The notes beneath the pieces are model-generated. The model was given only the letters and a program-made list of their open reading frames with translations. It did no database searches and had not been told where the DNA came from. The translations under genes and the position numbers were made by a program. A stretch of 64,000 nucleotides of DNA, from positions 16,362,087 to 16,426,086 of the forward strand of contig CM119266.1 of assembly GCA_051294375.1 (NCBI GenBank), read 5' to 3'. Each line of letters opens with the position of its first letter. Position 1 is the stretch's first letter. This DNA is from Paraspadella gotoi (taxonomy: Eukaryota > Animalia > Chaetognatha). This document shows, one piece after another, positions 59,338 through 64,000 of the stretch.

Positions 59338-62300
59338 TTTTCTTTCTCTCTCTTTTTCTTTCTCTCTCTTATTCACTTTCTATCCTTTTTCTATCTCTCT
59401 CTGTCTTTTTATCTTTCTCTTTTTCTCTCTCTTTCTCTCGCTTTTTCTCTTTCTCGCCCTTCGCTTTTCTCTTCTCTCGCCTTTTCTCTCTCTCCCTCCT
59501 CTTTTTCTCTCTCCCTCTTTTTCTCTCTCCCTCTTTTTCTCTCTCCCTCTTTTTCTCTCTCCTCTTTTTCTCTCTCCCTCTTTTTCTCTCTCCCTCTTTT
59601 TTCTCTCTCCCTCTTTTTCTCCTCTCCTCTTTTTTTCTTTCTCACTCTTTTTCTTTTCACTCTTTTCTCTCTATTCTGTTCTTTTTTCTCTACCCCTCTT
59701 TTTCTCTACCCCTCTTTTTCTCTATCCCTCTTTTTCTCTTTTTCTCTCTATTCTCTCCCTATCTTTCTCTCTCCTATCTTTCTCTCTCCCTATCTTTCTC
59801 TCTCCCTATCTTTCTCTCTCCCTATCTCTTTTCTCTCTCCCTATCTTTCTCTCTCGCTATCCTTTCCTCTCTCCCTATCTTTCCCTCTCCCTATCTTTCC
59901 CTCTCCCAATTTTTCCCTCTCTACGTCTCTTTTTCTCTCTACCTCCTCTCTCTCTCCCCCCTCTCTCTCTCCCCTTCTCTCTCTCTCCCCTTCCCTCTCA
60001 CTCCCCTTTCTCATTCTTTCCCTCTCTCATACTTTCTCTTGCTTTCTCTCTCTCTCTTCTCTCTTCTTTTACATTGTTTTGGCCACCGTAACGCTCATAA
60101 AATCCGGTATTGTGAGGGCAGTCTTCGTAATGCTATAAGATGTCTGAATGGTGGTTTTTAAATTTTCCGGAATCGAATCAACGTCACGAATGCACTTTCT
60201 TCTATAATTAAAATATAACTAAATTAAAAATTATTTTTTAAAAGAAACTAATTTGTATCTTAATATATGTTTTTTTTTTTTAAATATTCTGCAGACTTGC
60301 AAATATTTTCACAAATGTGGCAAGTGCTTGGGTCCCGATCCAATGCAATCTTGCCCATGCTTTGGTGGCGAGGATTATCGTGACAGTCCCACTCTGGAGC
60401 GAGAACTCATGGATGGGCTCACTGTTTATGACGTCAATATCTCTACACTTTTAAGCTATGCACAGAAGTCCAAGGTTTGTTATTTATTGTTTCGTATACC
60501 TACTAAGGTGGGGCAGATTTTAACATTTTTAGTCGGATCTGCTTATCAGAAGAAAATTTACTATAACGACCTGGAATAAATACAAAAAGTCTATATTGGT
60601 TTACAAGCCATTTTTAAACATTAATATTCATGAGTACATGGTGACAATTTTACAAGCGCTGGTAGAAATACGCTGTCATTTGCAAACCAGTGGTTATTTC
60701 ATTGATTTTAAAAATTAGTTGAGTAGAACATATTAAAGTTATTTATGTGTTCAAATTTTATATTGATCAGTTAAGATATGCCTTGGCAATGAGTGGAGAA
60801 AGTTGGCTTGTAAAATCGGGTTTCATTTTCTAACTCACTTTTTTAGATTCAATTTTTTTTTCTTACTTTCAGCAAATTTTCTGAAGAAATTTTAAATAAA
60901 ATAATATTAATATTATTATCTTCTGAAAGCCCTTTCAAATCTAAAGAGAATGACATACTTGCAAATACTGTAGTATAAAATTTAACCGGCCCAGCTTTAA
61001 TTAGGATACTCAAAAACAAGACATATTTCCAAAAATCAATAGCTGGAGGGTAAATTTAAGATTTTTATCAAATTGTGATTGGCTATCCTAAATCTCTTAA
61101 ATTCAGGCTCTTTCATGATACTTATATAAATAATAATATTTTATGTTATAATAATTTAATCAAGTCATATATTTTAAAAAAAGATTTGAAATTTTAGATA
61201 ATTAACTTTTGACTCTCTTAATTGAACCAAGGCTGGGCAGCTTAATTTTTATGTTAGAGCTTTCATAAGTATATCATTCTCTTCCTTTTTTTAAGGGCTT
61301 TCTGAGGATATTAATATTGTTAATATCTTAATAAATACTTTGTTTAAAAAAAAGCTAGAAGTTGAAAAAAAATTGAATTTAAAAACAGTGAGTTGGAAAA
61401 TGAAACCCGATTTTACAAGCCAACTTTCTCCACTCATTGCCAAAGCTTATCTTAACTGATTAATATAAAATTTGAACACATAAATGACTTTAATATGTTC
61501 TACTTAACTAATTTTTAAAATCAATGAAATAACCACTAGTTTGCAAATGACAGCGTATTTCTACCGGCGCTTGTAAAATTGTCACCATGTACAATATCTG
61601 TCTAGTATTTAAAACAAAAAGACCGAATGTTTGTTTTCCTAATCTATTCCTTGATTCTTTTAGTCGGATCTGCTTATTAGCAGATCCCAACTCTATAATT
61701 CACTTTGTCGGTCCGCCCCCACAATTTCGTCATGTCAGAACATCGAATTATGATAAATTATGCAAAAAAAATTATGTCCGTCCATCTGTCTGTCCGACCT
61801 TAGCGAAAAACACCATTACTCGTTATTGGACGGATGGATTTGAATGAAATTTTGTGTGTGGGTTGGGAAGTGTGTGATTGAGCTGGATATAAAGTTTCGA
61901 TTGAATCGTCCTAGTGTAAATAAGTTTAAATGGAAAAAAATATATATATATTTCACTATTTGAACACCATTTTATATTTTATATGGGTAGGTAAGTGTGT
62001 GATTAAGCTGGAAATTAAGTTTCGATGGAAATGAGTTTAAATGGAAAAAAACAAAAAACCTGTTTCACTAATTGATTATGCTTCTTTTTCTTTTTATATT
62101 AAATGTAAATGCAAGATGTATTAATTAATCAAATATTTAACTAGTTAATTAATAAATAATTAATCGGTCAATTAATCAAAAACATTTTGGTTCAAATTAA
62201 TTAATTAATTAATTAGCGATAATGATCGTGGGCAGATCCGACATTGTTTGCTCAAACTTGTTTACAATATGAAACAGTCTGCAATAAAAGTCTTTTGTCC

Positions 62301-63304
62301 TTTTACAACCAAATTGACTTATTTTGATTAAATTCATTTTCCTCATGCATGGAAGCATTTTAAAATATATTTTTTAAAAAATTTCGGAAATTTAATTTTT
62401 AAAAATGGATTTTGATAGAGATTAAAAAGTTATATAAAGGTTAATATTAAAATTTTAATGTTAAAAGGAATAAAATTTAAAAAATCAATATCATCGGTAT
62501 CATAATCATTCAATAAATTTGATAATTTTTGTTAATCTTTATAAACTCATCATTAAAATTTAACAAAGTTCTAATAACTTTCATTTAACTTCTCAGGCTT
62601 TATCAGAATCCGATAAAAGTCACTTTTTGGTTGGTTTGTCGGTCGGTATGTCTGTCTGTTGATCTGTCCCACTTAAATTAAAAATGCACATAATTTGCTT
62701 ATAGTTGGTTGCTCATTTGTTAAAACAGAAAAGAACCTTAAATCTAAGGGACTGCTAGCACCGCCTGTAGGAAATCCTAAAACTATTCCATGCAGTGCGT
62801 GTCATAAATACACAGGCTAAGAAAGTTATTGTAGTCATGTCATGTCACGAGAAATTCATTAAGATATATTCACTGCGGCGCAACACATTGGATGAGCAGA
62901 TCTTGGTTAATAAAAAATGAGGTATTAACTTATATAAAAATTAAACTTAGTTATTTAATGTTTTTTTTATTTAAGCCTCCCCAGATGCTAAAACACCGAA
63001 ATAAATTTTGTTTCTGTATTTTTCTTATTTTATAGAATGAAAAGCATGAAAAGGAAATCGATGAAGAGAAATTCAACTTAAAGGAAGACGGATGGACGTT
63101 CATTCAAGAAATTTGTATAGAGTTTAATAAGGGCTCGTGCCCGTCGGGAGTTTCATGCAAAAAACGTCACGTGTGTTCAGATTGTCAAGGACCGTACCCC
63201 GTTAACAAATGCGCCCGATGCATAGGAAAAGTTAAGAACAAGTTCGTTTGCAACAATTACCAGACCGAACAATGTCATAAGTTCGACTGCCCATTTCCGC
63301 ACAG
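31363..63304 (+). CDS. Large multi-CCCH zinc-finger protein with a Pro/Arg/Ser-rich N-terminus and tandem CCCH-CxxC..CxC modules; continues beyond the window
   Basis: Phase-consistent exons 31363-32990, 45728-46978, 48290-49067, 60295-60474 and 63036-63304. Three splice junctions reconstitute split zinc fingers (e.g. CDNPDKKCKR|RH; CTTK|TCKYFH). Confidence 0.82.
33261..33502 (-). mobile_element. Diverged relative of the family-C LTR-like element
   Basis: Sense TGTAC...GTTGCA, 242 bp. Shares TTCACCCC, GTGGCT...TAAAGCCATCAGCT.ATGA and AACCCGGTA...GGGAAGC.TGAG with 30568-30809, then diverges. Confidence 0.45.
33887..34548. mobile_element. Non-autonomous TIR element (MITE)
   Basis: Imperfect long TIRs AGGCTTCATTTTATAAAATGAGGTAC...TGTGACCAGAA and TTCTGGTCACA...GTACCTAATTTTATAGTATGAAGCCT. 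Confidence 0.7.
34810..36470. repeat. 1.6-kb polypyrimidine (T/C) low-complexity tract
   Basis: Almost exclusively T and C, giving spurious F/S/L and K/R/E ORFs. Similar tracts lie at about 43370-43845 and 59245-60070. Confidence 0.95.
39364..39521. repeat. Near-perfect 158-bp palindrome centred on a hammerhead ribozyme
   Basis: Arms 39364-39435 and 39450-39521 with a 14-nt spacer. Confidence 0.85.
39415..39453 (-). ncRNA. Minimal hammerhead ribozyme (GUA site)
   Basis: Sense: G CTGATGA G GACTC-GAACCAGCA-GAGTC GAAAC AT GTA C. Stem I is disrupted by the fold-back. Confidence 0.65.
39595..39672 (-). ncRNA. Family-B twister ribozyme in the 3' LTR of E4 (some lesions)
   Basis: GTTGGC AAA GCGA GA CCGT CCTAGG G TAA CGC GCC AGTGAC-TGGAGGC-GTCACT GAGGTCCGAAGCCCC AAA GCCAAC. 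Confidence 0.68.
40070..40151 (-). ncRNA. Family-B twister ribozyme in the 5' LTR of E4 (some lesions)
   Basis: Same motif 477 nt upstream of the 39595 copy; TAA CCGC GCC, P3 and GAGGGTCGGAA are retained. Confidence 0.65.
40208..44801. mobile_element. Foldback-type DNA transposon with about 880-bp TIRs and a 9-bp TSD (Mutator/Foldback-like; hAT not excluded)
   Basis: Arms 40208-41088 and 43917-44801 are reverse complements (TAGGGTGTGCC...GGCACACCCTA). GTGTTCCCC is duplicated at 40199-40207 and 44802-44810. No transposase ORF. Confidence 0.85.
41903..43285 (+). mobile_element. HINE/DINE-1-like element nested in the foldback
   Basis: CCGGATCTGC-TTACA-GCAGAT 5' inverted repeat, (GTCY)n microsatellite, family core, and a 3' GTTTGCTCAAAC hairpin. 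Confidence 0.65.
47340..48160 (-). pseudogene. Decayed coding-like fragment (possible TM segment and kringle-like motif), antisense within an intron
   Basis: GC-balanced island with multiple stops and frameshifts. Fragments TATFIFLTISVVFLAGFIGYK and HTHN...NFHRQNGPCLYTNSRSKRWKYCG resemble a TM helix and a kringle C-terminal half. Confidence 0.3.
49575..49610 (-). ncRNA. Minimal hammerhead ribozyme (Penelope pLTR type)
   Basis: Sense: CTGATGA A GGCTA-ACATATTA-TAGCC GAAAC AT GTC. Stem I is poorly preserved. Confidence 0.65.
50154..50785 (-). mobile_element. HINE/DINE-1-like element
   Basis: Reverse-orientation copy with both subterminal GCCGGATCTGC/GCAGATCCGGC repeats and the GTTTGAGCAAAC hairpin. 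Confidence 0.7.
51554..52589. mobile_element. Tc1/mariner-type non-autonomous element
   Basis: TIRs CACTGCGGCGCAAAAAAAA-GAAGAC and GTCTTC-TTTTTTTTGCGCCGCAGTG, flanked by TA on both sides. Confidence 0.85.
52705..54630 (-). mobile_element. Older Penelope-like 3' fragment interrupted by an hAT-like insertion
   Basis: About 54545-54605 translates to SLNLDGGQFQLSPSYNSLIK, versus SLNRDGGRFDLPPSYDSLIK in the younger copy. 52705-52790 resembles 55460-55540. Confidence 0.65.
52794..54250. mobile_element. hAT-like non-autonomous element containing a nested inverted repeat
   Basis: TIRs of about 55 bp (TAGACCTTGCCATATATG.../...CATATATGGCAAGGTCTA) and an 8-bp TSD GTGGATAT/GTGGACAT. An internal inverted pair lies at about 52850-53085 and 53370-53597. 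Confidence 0.75.
55672..56925 (-). pseudogene. Penelope RT (from the DD motif onward) plus GIY-YIG endonuclease, with a stop and a frameshift
   Basis: DDTI...LNSIHASIKWTCEKE..IPMLDVLI...VYRKPTHTDQY..FDSHAP..HK...NGYP...LPY; then YMGETGKSLTDRFQQH...SAVAEH...GH...REAIYI...SLNRDGG. Stop at about 56260 and a frameshift before the nuclease. Confidence 0.9.
57353..57393 (+). ncRNA. Minimal hammerhead ribozyme in the inverted pLTR
   Basis: ACG CTGAAGA A GGCTT-GCAACTA-AAGCC GAAAC AT GTC CGT. The counterpart at about 55026-55060 (-) is partly deleted. Confidence 0.82.
57963..58654 (+). mobile_element. HINE/DINE-1-like element
   Basis: TTTTAGTCGGATCTGC ... GCAGATCCGAC ATT GTTTGCTCAAAC with the family core. 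Confidence 0.72.
60637..61589. mobile_element. Palindromic MITE with TA TSD (Tc1/mariner superfamily-like)
   Basis: TA-CATGGTGACAATTTTACAAGCGC... / ...GCGCTTGTAAAATTGTCACCATG-TA. The arms pair over more than 200 bp and more loosely further inward. Confidence 0.85.
61658..62262 (+). mobile_element. HINE/DINE-1-like element (complete structure)
   Basis: 5' subTIR GTCGGATCTGC with an adjacent GCAGATCC inverted repeat, (GTCY)n, 3' subTIR GCAGATCCGAC, GTTTGCTCAAAC hairpin and T-rich ends. Another partial copy starts at about 63810. Confidence 0.78.
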
Positions 63305-63406
63305 GTTCGAGAAAAACATGATTTGTATGTTTTATATTCGTAGCACATAAGTCTTATACATTGTTAGTTAGATTTAAGAAAGGCTGAATTACCCATTATG
63401 GGGTTT

Positions 63407-63538
63407 AGGCGACCCTGGCGGTCACTCCTGTCAGGTCAAATCGGTCCGAGAGTTGATGTCCGCTCACTTCGCTTCTCCTAGTATTAAGTTAATTAACCCT
63501 CGGATCGACTCCGACGTTGGTGTACGCAGGGGTCGCCT
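63407..63538. other. GC-rich imperfect long hairpin in an intron
   Basis: AGGCGACCCTG...CAGGGGTCGCCT outer stem, with GGTCCGAG/CTCGGATC and GTTGAT/ATTAAC inner stems. Confidence 0.5.
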
Positions 63539-64000
63539 CACTGCTGTGTAATTGTGTAGTGATGAAAATGTATAGATACTATATAAAAATATTATTTTTT
63601 GAAAAATTTTCAAAATGGGAAATACTGTGCGAGAAGCAAAAAAAAAATTTCCAGATATTTGGACATATATTTGTCTTCATCAGTAGCAAAGAAATAACCG
63701 AGAAAAATTGTTTTGATAAATCACAATTCACAATTTGAGTGGTGAAGTAGTGTGTGAGAGAGGAGACCATTATGAGGTCAAATTTAACAGAGAGAAGAAC
63801 CCGGCTATGTAATTCACTTTGTTGGTCCGTCGGTCCGCCGCATAAATCTTGTCGGTAAGTCACTTAGATCATGTCAGAATATCAAATTATGATAAATTAT
63901 GCCAACTACCAACTACCGTGGGTGCTTACCACAACTACCATAACCCCCACAAAAACCAAAACTACCATAACCTGCATTATTACCTAAAATAAAACTACTA

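Overview
AT-rich animal (invertebrate) genomic DNA with GT-AG introns. There are seven host genes, all on the + strand: the 3' part of a C2H2/AT-hook protein, a 9-exon TspO-like membrane protein, a CUB-LDLa-TM protein, intronless AAR2 immediately followed by hnRNP K, ISCA1, and a large multi-exon CCCH zinc-finger gene (31363 to beyond the window end). Introns and intergenic DNA are packed with non-autonomous DNA transposons (Tc1/mariner-, hAT- and foldback-like), Helentron/DINE-like elements, and Penelope-like retroelements with minimal hammerhead ribozymes. The standout is a set of small non-coding LTR retroelements of about 0.73 kb (about 250-bp LTR, tRNA-Trp-like PBS, about 225-bp internal region, G-rich PPT, LTR; one copy with a 4-bp TSD). 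Each LTR carries Pol III-like A/B boxes followed by a circularly permuted (P5-type) twister ribozyme whose P1 is reduced to a short palindrome. Two families show compensatory base changes, and two more diverged LTR-like relics have the same layout. They look like twister-based LTR 'retrozymes' that would release an RNA of about 480 nt, an architecture I know only from plant hammerhead retrozymes. All calls come from manual reading; ribozyme activity, expression and novelty are untested.
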